Shown here: in pieces, positions 1-12,400 of the stretch | Layout: every line of letters starts with the position of its first letter | Numbering within the stretch: the first letter of the stretch is position 1 | NCBI GenBank assembly: GCA_026770705.1 | Contig: JANJGN010000013.1 | Location: 58,776,001-58,840,000 of the forward strand | Direction of reading: 5' to 3' | Source: Isurus oxyrinchus | Lineage: Eukaryota | Length of the DNA: 64,000 nucleotides | Notes under the pieces: generated by a model | The model's database searches: none | What the model was told of the DNA's origin: nothing | What the model saw: only the letters and a program-made list of their open reading frames with translations | Position numbers and translations under genes: made by a program

Positions 1-560
1 TGGTTCCACATTATCCTTCTTACTACTGACATCTCAGTACTAGGTTATTATGCCCCTAAAAAGAAGATTGTAGCAATTTTCTGCAACTGGTGATAGGCTA
101 ACTGGCTGTTGGTCTCCTATTTTCTTTATTCCTCCTTTCTGGAATATCAGGTTTATGTTTGCTACCTTCCAATCCTTGGAACTGTTCTAGAACCCAAGAG
201 ACCCCAGAAGCTCGATATCAACGCATCTCTGCGTCTACCTCGTGTAAAACTCTAAGATGCAGCTCGTCAGGTCCAGGGGGTTCATCACAATTTATTCCCA
301 TTAATTTCACCTGAAGTACTTACTAATTAATCCTGATTTATTTAGCTTTCTCCTTCTCGCACACTATCGGTTTCTAATTATTCCCGGATTGTGGCTTCTA
401 TCTTGATAACAGATATCCAGTTTTTGTTTAATGTCTCTGCCTATTCCTTCATCTCCATGTTGATTTCACCTGTCTTTCCCACTAACTTCCCCACATTTGT
501 ATTCATCGCCCTATTCCTAATTATATACATTTAGAAACGTTTGCAGTCTGTTTTTATGAC
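1..560 (-). mobile_element. Degenerate CR1-like LINE ORF2 fragment
   Basis: Antisense similarity to the CR1 region seen elsewhere in the window (e.g. 'ccttccaatccttggaactgttctagaa...gtcaggtccagggg'); no intact ORF; boundaries approximate. Confidence 0.5.
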
Positions 561-859
561 AGGTCTTTTTCCGCTTACAGTCTTGGACCCCCACCCCACC
601 CACAATCCTCTGGCATTGCGTTCTTTTGGAAATATATATCTACGCACACACAGGCACACACACATTTACTATGATGTCAGGGTGTGTAGAAGTGCTTCAT
701 CTGACCCCATAACAGTTGTGGAATTTGTTTTGAGAAATCTTCGCGCACTCTTTATAAACTTAACCTTAATAATATCGAAACGTCTGATGGGTAAAGCTAG
801 TTTTAAAAAACCCTTCCTATTTCCTTAATCAAAAATCAACACCAAACACTTAATGCCTG

Positions 860-1075
860 AAAATAAGAAAAGGGAGCAGGAAGAGACCGTTCGACCCTTC
901 GAGTCTGCTGCGCCATTCAACAAGATCATGGCTGATCTTGCACATCAACTCCACCTTACTGCACTGTCCCCAAATCCGTTAACTCGCCTAATACCCCAAA
1001 CCTGTGAATTTCTGTCTTGATTATTCACAACGGCTGCACATCCACAGCTCTCTGGGGTAGTCGATTCCAAATATA
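860..1075 (-). mobile_element. CR1-like LINE 3' tail
   Basis: Matches the 3' tail of the CR1 copies at ~13300-13385 (+) and ~27230-27310 (-): 'gagcagga...cccttcgag.ctgct..gccattcaa.aagatcatggctgatc'. Confidence 0.65.
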
Positions 1076-1191
1076 TTTTAAACGGTGGAAGCGCAAGTCC
1101 TGATCCTTGCGTCAGCCTAACATAATAGACTTCAGTTATTTTTCATCAGAAATAAAAGACACGAAACGGCGCTGCATTTGATATTCGGCCA

Positions 1192-1202
1192 TTTATTTTA
1201 TT
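1192..1202 (-). terminator. Candidate tandem poly(A) signals for the Ig C exon transcript
   Basis: Two overlapping AATAAA on the minus strand (TTTATT at 1192-1197 and 1197-1202); an ATTAAA lies at 1268-1273. Confidence 0.35.
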
Positions 1203-1403
1203 GAGAAGCTGTATAGGAAAGTCTAATAGTAATTAATTACTTAAGATGCCATAACCATATTACTGCCTTTAATTAACTTTCCCGGTTGCATTACCGTGAA
1301 TTAATGAACATTGACTTTTCACTTAACACCTGCAATCTTCCGGTGGAAGAACTTTAAAAATAGAAATTCTTACAAAGCGATGCTCCAACTGCAATAATAT
1401 AAT

Positions 1404-1536
1404 AACAAAAAACTGCGGATGCTGGAAATCCAAAACAAAAACAAAAATAAAAATACCTGGAAAAACTCAGCAGGTCTGACAGCATCTGCAGAGAGGAACA
1501 CGATTAACGTTTCGAGTCCGTATGACTCTTCAACTG
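1404..1536 (-). mobile_element. Short hammerhead-bearing repeat (Penelope/retrozyme-like), degenerate core
   Basis: Minus strand reads CAGTTGA-A-GAGTC-atacg-GACTC-GAAA-CGTT followed by the family tail 'cagatgctgtcagacctgctgagtttttccag'. Confidence 0.75.
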
Positions 1537-1653
1537 CAATGGCCATTTGCTTAAATCTCCGAAATGCAATCAATTTCTCCCGTTTTTGTCACATGAAAGA
1601 AATTAATAGGAATGAACAAACATTCTCAGCTGAGTCAAGTACAGTTTGCGAAA

Positions 1654-1976
1654 TCACATACAGTTGGGTCTTGAGATGTATGCTCGGAACGGGTTTGCCT
1701 GAGTCTCGTGTTTAACCAGACAGGAGTAAATCTCATGTGAGTTCCAGTCTGAGGCTGACAGGGTCAGATAACTGGTCACATTGAACGTGTTGTCCGTCTT
1801 CTGCTGGATCCGACTGGTCTGAACCCCATTGCCTCTGACACTGCCATCCATAGTTCATTCAATCTCCACAGCTCCAGAGATAAAACCGCTCACCAAACAC
1901 ACCAGCGTCGCCTTGTTCTTCGCTGTGATTTGATCCGATGAAGGCGGAAGGACGGAGACCGATGGTTTCTGAGCAT
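1654..1976 (-). pseudogene. Immunoglobulin light-chain constant exon, type II/lambda-like, with premature stop
   Basis: Acceptor ttttcttttacAG ends at 1977 (phase 1). One frame reads AQKPSVSVLPPSSDQITAKNKATLVCLVSGFISGAVEIE*TMDGSVRGNGVQTSRIQQKTDNTFNVTSYLTLSASDWNSHEIYSCLVKHETQANPFRAYISRPNCM*. Both C1-set cysteines and the penultimate Cys are present; TGA at 1855-1857 replaces the conserved Trp; the F-x-P proline is lost. Confidence 0.92.
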
Positions 1977-3264
1977 CTGTAAAAGAAAAAAAGTTTAGTA
2001 GTTTTAGGGAATTCCGTTGGTTGACACATGCGATTTTTTCAAAGTAATGTAATACGAATTTTGCCATTCCATTCAATATAAGAAATATATCCCTCTGCTT
2101 TGTGGGTGTATTCATCAGAGGGAGGGAGGCCGATGGGAGTTTTGGATCTGAAGAAGCGCAGTTCTGTGTTAATGGCGACTGGAGTTGATACATTGGGTCT
2201 GTCCACGTTTACAGAAAACAAAACATTTACATCATATTTCGTAATACCACGCCAGAGTAATATAAAATACATCTTAGCGTAAATGGATTGCTGACTATAA
2301 CATGGGGATTATATATTATATAGCTGCCGTGATGGCAACAATTAGAAACAAATTGGAAACACTGAACATATATTACATTTTCTCAAATGAGTTACAATGT
2401 GATGAAATTCTGATCAGTTTGACAACAAACCATGCAACCAGATTTTACTAATGAGCCTTGATGTTATAACCCTGAACAGTGTAGGTGCACTTGCTCAGGT
2501 AGTTTCACCCTGTGAGATTCTTCCCTCACCAGTTATACACTGTCGACCAAGTTAAACTGCACACTCAAGTTGCTTGTGCAGAAGATTTATATTTATATAT
2601 CTTCTCGAGCGAGTGTTAGAATTTGGGCGAATTTGCTTCCATCATTAAAGTCGAAAGCGTAACCATTAAATATGATCAACACTATTCATACAACGGAATT
2701 GTTACTTTGAGTCACATTCTGACTTCTCTGATTACCGGTCTGTGCATCGAAAGTACCAATAACTCAGGTCCGATTTCAACAGCAGAAATAACGCGAAGTT
2801 TCTGTCCGAGGGCGCATGCTCAATACACAATCTGACAATGTGAACAGTTCGAGCACAGTGAAATAATTTAATAATGCCACTGATCTTATGTTCACACACG
2901 TTGGTTTTAAAAAGACTCTGCGCTGACGTGAAACTTGGCAATGTTTCCTTCATTTCAGAAAGGACCTGGACGTGACTCGCTGTTTAATTGCAAACCCTCA
3001 AGCGCTGCATTAGAGAAGTGTACATGTCTTACTTATGGGCAGCTTTGTTAATTCGAAGCCTTACATAGGTTGCGCCACAATTAACGAACGCGCAATAAAT
3101 GAAATGTTTCCCCACTGCGCGGCCATTCACCATGGGCGCTCAGTTTAAACCAGTATTCGGACTGAACTTCATTTGTTACTCAAAGCCGCTATATTCGGTG
3201 CAAGAATAGTTTCAGCTAAAAACCTAATATCTGACCCAGTTGCATCACGGAGCTCTACTAAAAT

Positions 3265-3670
3265 TCAAGTCAATGAGAATCGGGGGTAACTCCAAAGGTT
3301 GGAGTCATACCCATCAGAAAGGAAGATGGTTGTGGTTGTTGCAGGCCAAAGTCCCAAGGTATTGCTGCAGCAGTTCCTCAGGGTAATGACCTGGACCCAG
3401 ACATCTTCAGCTGTTTCATCAATGGCCTCCTTCATAAAGCCATAAATGAGGATGTTCACTGATAATTGCACAATTCGTCAGATACCACATCAATTTGTCA
3501 ATATACAGCAAGATCTGGACAGCATTCAGGCTTGGGCTGATATGTGGCATCTAACATTTGTGCTACACAAGTGCCAGGCAATGACCATCACCATCAAGAG
3601 AGAACCCAGCCGTCAGCCCATGATCTTGATCATTACCATTGGCCAGAAACTGAACTGGGCCAGTCATATT
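3265..3670 (+). mobile_element. CR1-group LINE (family B) RT fragment
   Basis: ORF 3446-3715 'QQDLDSIQAWADMW...HKCQAMTI' is homologous to ORF 6996-7562. Confidence 0.75.
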
Positions 3671-5109
3671 GTCATGACAGCAGACCATAGCCCAAATTAC
3701 TTATGGACATGGTGAACTTTTAAGTAAGACATGTTTTTTTTAATTTAACAGGGCATAGAAGCAAAAACTGTGGGAGTTGACCAGCTGGTTTGGAGATTAT
3801 TGATCTGCAGGTTAGCTGGAAGGAATTGCCCTGCTTCCTTTTTGACTGTGGCTTTACTGACTGTGACTTGCTTCCAGCAAATATAATTTTTTTTACCTGT
3901 AAGCGCAGGGATGCCTAGTTAATGTTCTTCAGCTGTGGCCTTCACAGCACACCCGTGTACACCAGGCCTGGAACACCAAAACTAGCACACAGACATGAGG
4001 GGTGCAGTTGGATTTTTAATCCTTTTTCTTCTGTATTCCTGGAAGGGAAAACAACAAGCGCGTCTTTCACCCAGATCTGCTTTCTTTTCAACTCATACCA
4101 TGTCTGGGGTATAACTCACAGGAGATGGTAATCAGCCTTCATTATCTCCACAATCACAGGAGATTGCAGTTTAGTTTTTGCATTTCATCTTTTCCTTTGA
4201 AATGTCTCTGTCTGAAGGAGGCTTTGACACCTTTCGCGGTGCAACACTGTTCTCTGGGCTAGTTGCTCAAGTGCAATCACATAGGAATTTTCCAGCAAGT
4301 GGTCATTTTACAGCTTCAGCTCGCGGTTCACCACCACTTTCTCAAGATAAGTTGAGGGTGGACAATAACTGCTGTATATGCGGGTGATGTCAATCTCTCA
4401 AGAACGAATATCCAAAGCTTACTTATGCCCAAAATTCCGCAAATATATTAGGCCACGTGTTTGATTCGCCCCGATTTCGTTTCTCTTTACGCATAGAAAA
4501 GAGTTAAAGATGCAGTGGAAAATCATGCGCGAACGGTGCCACTGAAAGGACAAATTTATTGAAATCCCAAGAAATGGGCTGGGTGATTTTTGTCATTGTT
4601 TTTAAGGGTTGCAAGCATTTTGGGTTGACTGCTCGGTACTGTGATCTCTGATGTGTAATTCAACTGGCGAGCATGTGTAGAAAGATTGATTGAAAAGTGA
4701 AAAGTTCTCTCAAAACTTCGCTCACTCCACAGCTTCACTGTGCTTTCTCAAAGAGGTGCGTTTTACAGGATCTTGGCAAAAAATATCCCCTCTAGCTCTT
4801 AAACGTAAGGTTGCGTTTCGCCTTACACACCAATCTGTCAACATTGTCCATTTTAAATGCGTTCCTATGCACTTAAAGCCTGATTTTGTGGCATCGCTTA
4901 TGTCGGTGTCTCATTTCTCAGTTACGCTGTGGAAAAGGAATGTAACGACAGCTTTTGGTTGCGGTCGCTGCAGAATACCGGATCACCTCCTACATATTCT
5001 ATTAACATTGAATTCCTCTTAAGTTTTCCGCGTACTAAACCGTATCTTTAATTCTAAAAAAAATAAAGCAGCATTTTAAAATAGATGAGTCTCTTCTTCA
5101 ATATATATC

Positions 5110-6200
5110 AGGGGTGGGATATTTGACTGCCCAAGTGGAGGCTGATATATGAGTTTTGTTTTGACAGCATTCAAGAACAGGCCAAGTTTCCTGTATTTAG
5201 GGGATTGAGAGTGACTTGTAAATCTGGTGCAGAGTGGTCAAAGATGCTGCAGTCATTTGAAACATCATGTATGTCGATGGTGGTCAATTTAGGTTTGGCA
5301 GAGAGCAACTGAGGTTAAAAAGCTTTCTATCTAGATAATATTTAATACTGACACCAATGAGCAGTTGATCTTTGATGAGGTGAATAACCATTGTCAGGTA
5401 GATTGTAGATAGCATGTGGGCTACCAAACAGCCTTGCTTAAACACAGTCTGGATTTTGAAGGCATCTGCTGCAGATCTCCTACTCAAGACAGTTGCAGTC
5501 ATATCACCATGGAGCAATTACAGGATCGTGATGAAGTTTCTTGGACATCCAAATCTTTGGAGAACAATCTACAGATCCTTGCAATTTACTGAGTCAAATG
5601 CTTTGATTAAGTCAAGGAATAAAATTAAGAGTTCCTGCTGTTTTCTCGACATTTTGCTTGGATTTCTCTGGCAACAAAGACCATGTCAGCAGTTCCTCTA
5701 GAAGATCCAAAGCTACATTGTGTCTCTCAGAGGGATTTCCTCAGCCACAGGAAGTATCCAGGAGAATGTGTGTATGGACTTTCCCTGCTATGGACAAGAT
5801 GGAAATACCTGGATTGTTCTCATAGTATGATGGATCTCCCTTCTTCAGCATAGTTACAATTGTTACATTCCTGAAGTCCAAAAGGGTTGTGTGGGCAGTG
5901 GGGTTAGTTCTTTATCCACCTAAATCCATAGAACGGGCACATGGAGTCTTGCTGTGAGCAAAATTTTGCCATCTTTGAGTTCCTCAACTGGAATATCATC
6001 AGGGCTACAGGCTTTGTTGGTTTTCATCTGTTTGATTGCTTGTTGCAGCTTTCTTATTGATGGCCATTCACCCATGGATTCTACTGCAGGGGACTGGGGG
6101 ATAGGCTAGAAAATATCAGATGCCACTGTGGAGTTTACCATAAAATTTCCACTCACTATATCTATATCAGTGAAACATTCCTTTTTTCAATAGGGTTTAG
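5110..6200 (-). mobile_element. RTE-like LINE RT remnant
   Basis: ORF 5284-5517 'LHGDMTATV...AFKIQTVFKQGCLVA...LFNL' resembles the RTE-clade G-V-K-Q-G-C-x-L-A-P motif. Confidence 0.7.
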
Positions 6201-6223
6201 GCACGAGACCGGGATCTATTTCT

Positions 6224-6349
6224 CTGGAGAGTCAGACGGACTCGAAACATTAACTGTTTCTCTCTCCACAGATGCTGCCCTACCTGCTGAGTTTTTCCAG
6301 CATTTTTTGTTTTTATTTCAGATTTCCAGCATCTGCAGTATTTTGCATT
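6224..6349 (+). mobile_element. Short hammerhead-bearing repeat, 5'-truncated core
   Basis: GAGTC-agacg-GACTC-GAAA-CATT-AAC at 6229-6254 followed by the family tail. Confidence 0.75.
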
Positions 6350-6749
6350 CCCCTATTTCTCTAATCTTGGTTGCTAACCTGTGATGGTCACCGATTTGTG
6401 CTAATTGGTTCAAATAAGTCCACTAAACTTGCCCAATACTGGACAATTGGCTGAACACTGAACTTTAATAAGCCAAGCTGTACATGGATACTTTGTTTCT
6501 TGATTTTGACCAGGCACGGCCACCCCTCCACACAAGAGTAACTTTGGGGAATAGTGCAAATAGGGGTTAATTTGGGCTGTGTGCCAACCGTTTATAGGCA
6601 TGGTGGCCACCCAGTGATAGGTAATGGGGTATGATCCACACGTGCACAGTTGTAAAGGGAAGAACACAGAATTTCATCTCGGTAAAGGAGTTTGTTTGTG
6701 CACATCTAACATTTACATCGTACATGATAACATTTCAATGTTTTTGTAA

Positions 6750-9285
6750 TTCATTCACAGGATGTGGGCTTCACTTGCTGGGCCAGCATTTATTGCCCAT
6801 TCTGGCTGCCCTTGAGACGGTGGTGGTGAGCTGCCTTCTTGAAACACTGCATTCCATGTGGTGTAGGTACTCCCACAGTGCTGTTAAAAAGGGAGTTTCA
6901 GGATTTTGCCCCAGCGACAGTAATTGAACAGCGATATATTTCCAAATCCGGATGGTGAGTGACTTGGAGGGGAACTTCCAGGTGGTGGTGTTCCCTTATA
7001 TCTGCTGCCCTTGTCCTTCTAGATGGTAGTGTTCGAGGTTTTGGAAGGTGCTGTCAAAGGAGACTTGGTGAATTCCTGCATTGCATCTTATAGATGGTAC
7101 ACTGCTGCTACAATGCGTCGATGGTGGAGGGAGTGAATATTTGTGGATGTGGTGGAAATCAAGTGGACTGCTTTGTCCTGGATGGTGTCCAGCTTCTTCG
7201 GTGCTATGGGAGCTGCACTCATCCAGGCGAGTGGAGAGTATTCCATCACACTCCTGACTTGTGCCTTGTAGATGATGGATAGGCTTTGGGGAGTCAGGAG
7301 GTGAGTTACTCATTGCACGATTCCTCTGACCTGCTCTTGTAGCCACAGTATTTATGTGGCTAGTCCAGTTCAGCTTCTGGTCAATGGTAACCCCCAGGAC
7401 ATTGATAGTGAGGGATTCAGTGAAAGAAATGCCATCGAACATCAAGGGGTGATGGTTGGATTCTCTCTTGTTGGACAAGGTTATTGCGTGCCACTTGTGT
7501 GGCACGAATGTTACTTGCCACTTGTCAGCCCAAGCTTGGATATTGTCCAGGTCTTGCTGCATTTGGACATGGACTGCTTCAGTATCTGAGGAGTTGTGAT
7601 GGTGCTGAACATTGTGTAATCATCAGTGAACCTTCTGACCTTATGATGGAAGGAAGGTCATTGATGAAGCAGCTGAAGATGGTTGGGCGTAGGACATTAC
7701 CCTGAGGAACTCCTGCAGTGATGGCCTGGAGCTGAGATGACTGACCTCCAACAACCACAACCATCTTCCTTTGTGCTAGGTATGATGCCAACCAGCAGAG
7801 AGTTCTCCCCCTGATTCCCATTGACTCCAGTTTTGCTAGGGATCCTTGATGCCACACTCAGTCAAATGCTGCCTTCATGTCAAGGGCAGTCACTCTCACC
7901 TCACCTCAGGAGTTCAGTTCTTTTGTACATGCTTGAACCAAGGCTGCAATGAGGTCAGGAGCTGAGTGCCCTGGCGGAATTCAAACTGGTAATCAGTGAA
8001 CAGGTTATTGCTGAGCAAGTGCTGCTTGTTAGCATGGTTGATGAACCCTTCCATTACCTTACTGATGATGGAGAGTAGACTGATGGGGTGGTAATTGTCT
8101 GGGTTGGATTTGTCCTGCTTTTTGTGTAGAGGACATACCTGGCGACTTTCCACATTGCTGGGTAAACACCAGTGTTGTAGCTGTATGGAATCATATTGGC
8201 TGAAGACTGGCATCTGTGATGCTGGGGACATCCGGAGGAAGCCGAGATGAATCATCCGCTTGGCACTTCTGGCTGCAGATTGTTGCAAATGCACTGCTGT
8301 GCTGGACTCCTCCATCATTGAGATGGGGATATTTGTAGAGCTTCCTCCTCTGGTGAGTTGTTTAATTGTCCACCACCATCCACGACTGGATGTAGCAGGA
8401 CTGCAGAGCTTAGATCTAATCCGTCGGTTGTGGGATCTCTTAGCGCTGTCTATCACTTGCTGCTTATGCTGTTTGGCATGGAAGTAATCCTGTGTTATAG
8501 CTTCATCAGGTTGACACCTCATTTTTATGTGCTGCTGCTGGCATGCCCTCCTGCACTCTTCATTGAACCAGGGTTAATCCCCTGGCTTGATGGTAATGAT
8601 AGAGTGGGGGATATGTGGGGTCATAAGGTTACAGATTGTGTTTGAGTACAGTTATGCTCTGCTGATAGCCCACAGCACCTCATGGATGCCCAGTCTTGAG
8701 TTGCTAGAGACTTTCAACATCTACTCCATTTAGCACGGTGGTAGTGCCACACAATATGATGGAGGATACCCTCAATGTGAAAGCAGCACTTCGTTTCCAC
8801 AATGACAGTGTGGTGATCACTCCTATTGATACGGTCATTGATAGATGCATCTGCAACAGGCTGGTTGGTGAGGATCAGATCAAGTATGTTTTTCCCTCTT
8901 GTTGATGCCCTCACCACCTGTCTAACAGTTATGTCACTTAGGACTTGGCCAGCTCAGTCAGTAGTGATGCTACCGAACCACTCTTGGTGATGGACATTGA
9001 AGTCCCCCATCCAGAGTACATTCTATGCTCTTGCCACTCTCAGTGCTTCCTCTGAGTCATGTTCAGCATGGAGGAGCACTGATTCATCAGCTGAAGGAGG
9101 GCGGTATGCGATAGTCAGCAAGAGGTATCCTTGCCCATGTTTGATCTGATGCCATGAGACTTCATGGGGTCTGGAGTAGATGTTGAGGACTCCCAGGGCA
9201 AGTCCCTCCTGACTGTATATCACTGTGCCACCACCTCTACTGGATCTGTCCTGCTGGTGGAATAAGACATACCCAGGGATGGTGA
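6750..9285 (-). mobile_element. CR1-group LINE (family B): endonuclease + RT + 3' tail, frameshifted
   Basis: Minus-strand ORFs with 'YRPPSADES', 'NILDLILTN...SDH', 'NYHPISLLSIISKVME', 'GVPQG', 'QAWADKWQVTF'. Confidence 0.9.
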
Positions 9286-9489
9286 GGGACTGTGGACAGG
9301 CCTTTAAACTAACGGTGGGGAGGGTTGAGGGGAGTGTGAAGGAAGATTTAGAAAACCAAAGAAAAACATTGAGGCATCAGAACAGTATAGTAATGTGGGG
9401 AAAGACAAGCAGAGTAGGACAGGAAGAGTCAGAGAGTTTAACAAAAATTGTACATCAGCAAATAAGGACATTGCTCATAGTAGAAGTAA

Positions 9490-12400
9490 AAAAATGAAAT
9501 TAAAGGTTCTTTATCTCAATGCAAAAAGCATCTGTAATAACATAGGTGAATTAATAGAACAAACGGTGGTAACTAAGTTAGATCTAATCACCATTACAAA
9601 GACATGTTTACAAGGAGAACAAGGTTGAGAAATAAATATTCTAGAGTACAGTGATAGGGAGGCAATGACACGGTGGTATGGTCACTGGGCTAGTAATCCA
9701 GAGAATCCAGGGTAATGCTCTGGGGGCCTGGGTTCAAATCTCAGTATGGTAGATGGTGGAATTTGAATTCAATAAAAATCTGGAATCGTTTGTTGTTAAA
9801 AGCCCATCTTGTGCACAAGCAGGACAGACCCAGAATGTCCAATGGTGGCTCAGTGGTATATAGTCAGCAGGGAGTTGCCCTGGAGTCTTCAACATTGATC
9901 AACTTTGGACCCATGATGTCACATGGCATCAGAAAATCCATGGGCAAGAAAAACTTCTGTTGGTGACCAGGTATCACCAACCCCACCAAACTCTCCGTTG
10001 GTTGGAGTTGTACCTAGCACAAAGGAAGATGGTTGTTGGAGGTCAGTCAACTCAGTCCCAGGACATCACTGCAGGAGTTCTTCGGGGTAGTGTCCTAGGC
10101 CTAACCATCTTCAACTGCTTTGATGACCTTCCTTCCATCATAAGGCCAGATGTGGGGATGTCTGCAAATGATTGCACAATGTTCAGCACCATCACGACTC
10201 CTCAGATACTGAAGCAGTCCATGACCAAATGCAACAAGACCTGGACAATGGTAAAATTCATGCCACACAAGTGGCTGGCAATGACCATCTCCAACAAGAG
10301 AGAATCTAACCATCACCCCTTGGCATTGAATGGTATTACCATCGCTGAATCCTCCACTATCAACATCTGGAGGTTACCATTGATCAGAAACTGAACTGGA
10401 CTAGCCTTATAAATATGGTGGCTACAAGATTAGGTCAGAGGCTTGATATCCTGCGGTGAGTAACTCACCTCCTGACTCCACAAAGTCTGTCCGCCATCTA
10501 CACAGCACAAGTCAGGAGTGTAATGGGACACTCTCCACTTGCCTTGATGAATGCAGCTCCAACAATACTCAAGAAGCTCAATGTCATCCAAGACAAAGCA
10601 GCCCACTTGATTGGCACCCCATCCACAAATATTCATTTCGTGCACCACTGATGCACAGTAGCAGCATTGTTTATACCATCTACACAAAGCACTGCTGGAA
10701 CTTACCAAGGCTCCTTAGTCAGCACCTTCCAAATCCATGACTGCTACCATTTAAAAGGACAAGAGCATGAAAACACCACAACCTGGAAGTTCTCCTCCAA
10801 GTCACTCTCCATCCTTACTTGGAAATATATCGCCATTCCTTCACTGTCTGAATAATTGCAAATTAATGAGAATGGATCTGGCCACAGAAGGCCATGTAGT
10901 AGAATCACTAGGAGTGGAAATTTGGAATAGCAAGAATCAGAATACGCTGGTGCAAGTAGTTTGTAGGCCCCCTAACAGTAGTTATATCATCAGGCAGAGC
11001 ATTAAGCAAGATACAATTGGAGCTTGTAACAAAGGAAATGTAACAACTGTTGTGAAGGACATTACTCTTCATATAGACAGGGACAATCAAATTGGGAAGA
11101 GCGGTCTCAAAGATGAGTTTGTAGAATGTTTTCATGATAGTTTCTTGAAGCAGTACATCATGGAACTGACTAGAGATAAAGCTGTCTTAGATCTAGTATT
11201 GTGTAATGAAACAGGGTTCATTAGTAATGTGATTGTAAAAGATCCACTGGGAAATATTGATCATACCATTGAGTTCCATGTTAAGTTTGAAAGTGACAAT
11301 CACAAACAAGAATCTTGTGAGGCGAGAACTGGCTAAGTTCATTGGGTAAATAGACTAAAAGGCATGGGCGTTAACGAACAGTGGGAAACATTTAAAGAAA
11401 CACTTCAAAATATTCAACGTAAGTACATTCCGTTGAAAGACAAGCACTTAGCAAGAAAGACTCTTCCGTGGCTCACTCAGGACATAAAGGACAGTATTAG
11501 GTTAAAAGAAGACCCTTACAATGTAGCAAAAAGCAAGTATGAGGATTGGGAGTGTTTTGGAAACCAGCAGAGGACCACCAAAAAGTTGCTAAAAAGGGAA
11601 AAATTAGAATATGACAATAAACTAGCCAGAAATACAAAGACAGATTGTAAGAACCTTTAAAAGTTTTTTTTAAAAAGAGTCATGGAAGTAAATGCTGACC
11701 CCTTAGTAAAAGAAACAGGGGAAATTATCATGGGGAATGATGAAATGGCAGAGGAATTAAACAGCTACTTTGTGCCTATCGTCACAGTAGAAGACACAAA
11801 TTTCATACCAGAAACAGATGGTAACCCAGGCGCCAAAAAATGTGAGGAAGTTAAGGAAATTAATATCAGCAGAGAAAAAGTGTTGGTGAAACTTAAGGGA
11901 CTAAAATCCAACAAATCCTTGAGACCTGATGGCTGACACCCTAGGGTTCCAGAAGAGATAGCTGCAGAGATAGTGATGATGACTAGCCATGATTTTCCAA
12001 AATTCCTTAGATTCAAGAATGGCCTAATGTCAGTTGTTGGGAACATGCTAGAATCTGTTATTAAGGAAGTCTTAACAATGCACTTAATTATAACAAGTCA
12101 ACATGGTTTTGCCAAAGGAAAATCCTGTTTGACAAATTTATTAGGGTTTTTTGAGGACGTGGCTAGTAAGGTAGATGAAGGGGAACCAGTAGATGTAGTA
12201 TACATGGATTTCCAAAAGGCATTGAATAAGAACCCACATAAAAGGTTAATAGGCAAAATAAGGGCTCATGAAGTTTGCGGTAACAATTTAGCGTGGATAG
12301 AGAATCGGTTAATGGATAGAAAGCAGGGAATGGCCATAAATTGGGCTGTTTCAAGTTGGCAGACAGTGAATAGTGAAGTGCCGCAAGGTTCTGTGCTGGG

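Noticed and set aside
2039-2272. Minus ORF containing 'LPPSDE...IEW', reminiscent of a second C exon
   Set aside because: No cysteines, wrong spacing, negligible nucleotide similarity to the real C exon
2854-2892. CACAGTG heptamer as a recombination signal (also CACTGTG at ~4736 and CACAGTG at 46499)
   Set aside because: No ACAAAAACC-like nonamer at 12- or 23-bp spacing and no adjacent V/J coding sequence
5776-5785. NF-kB-like site GGACTTTCCC as an Ig intronic enhancer
   Set aside because: Isolated motif inside an RTE remnant
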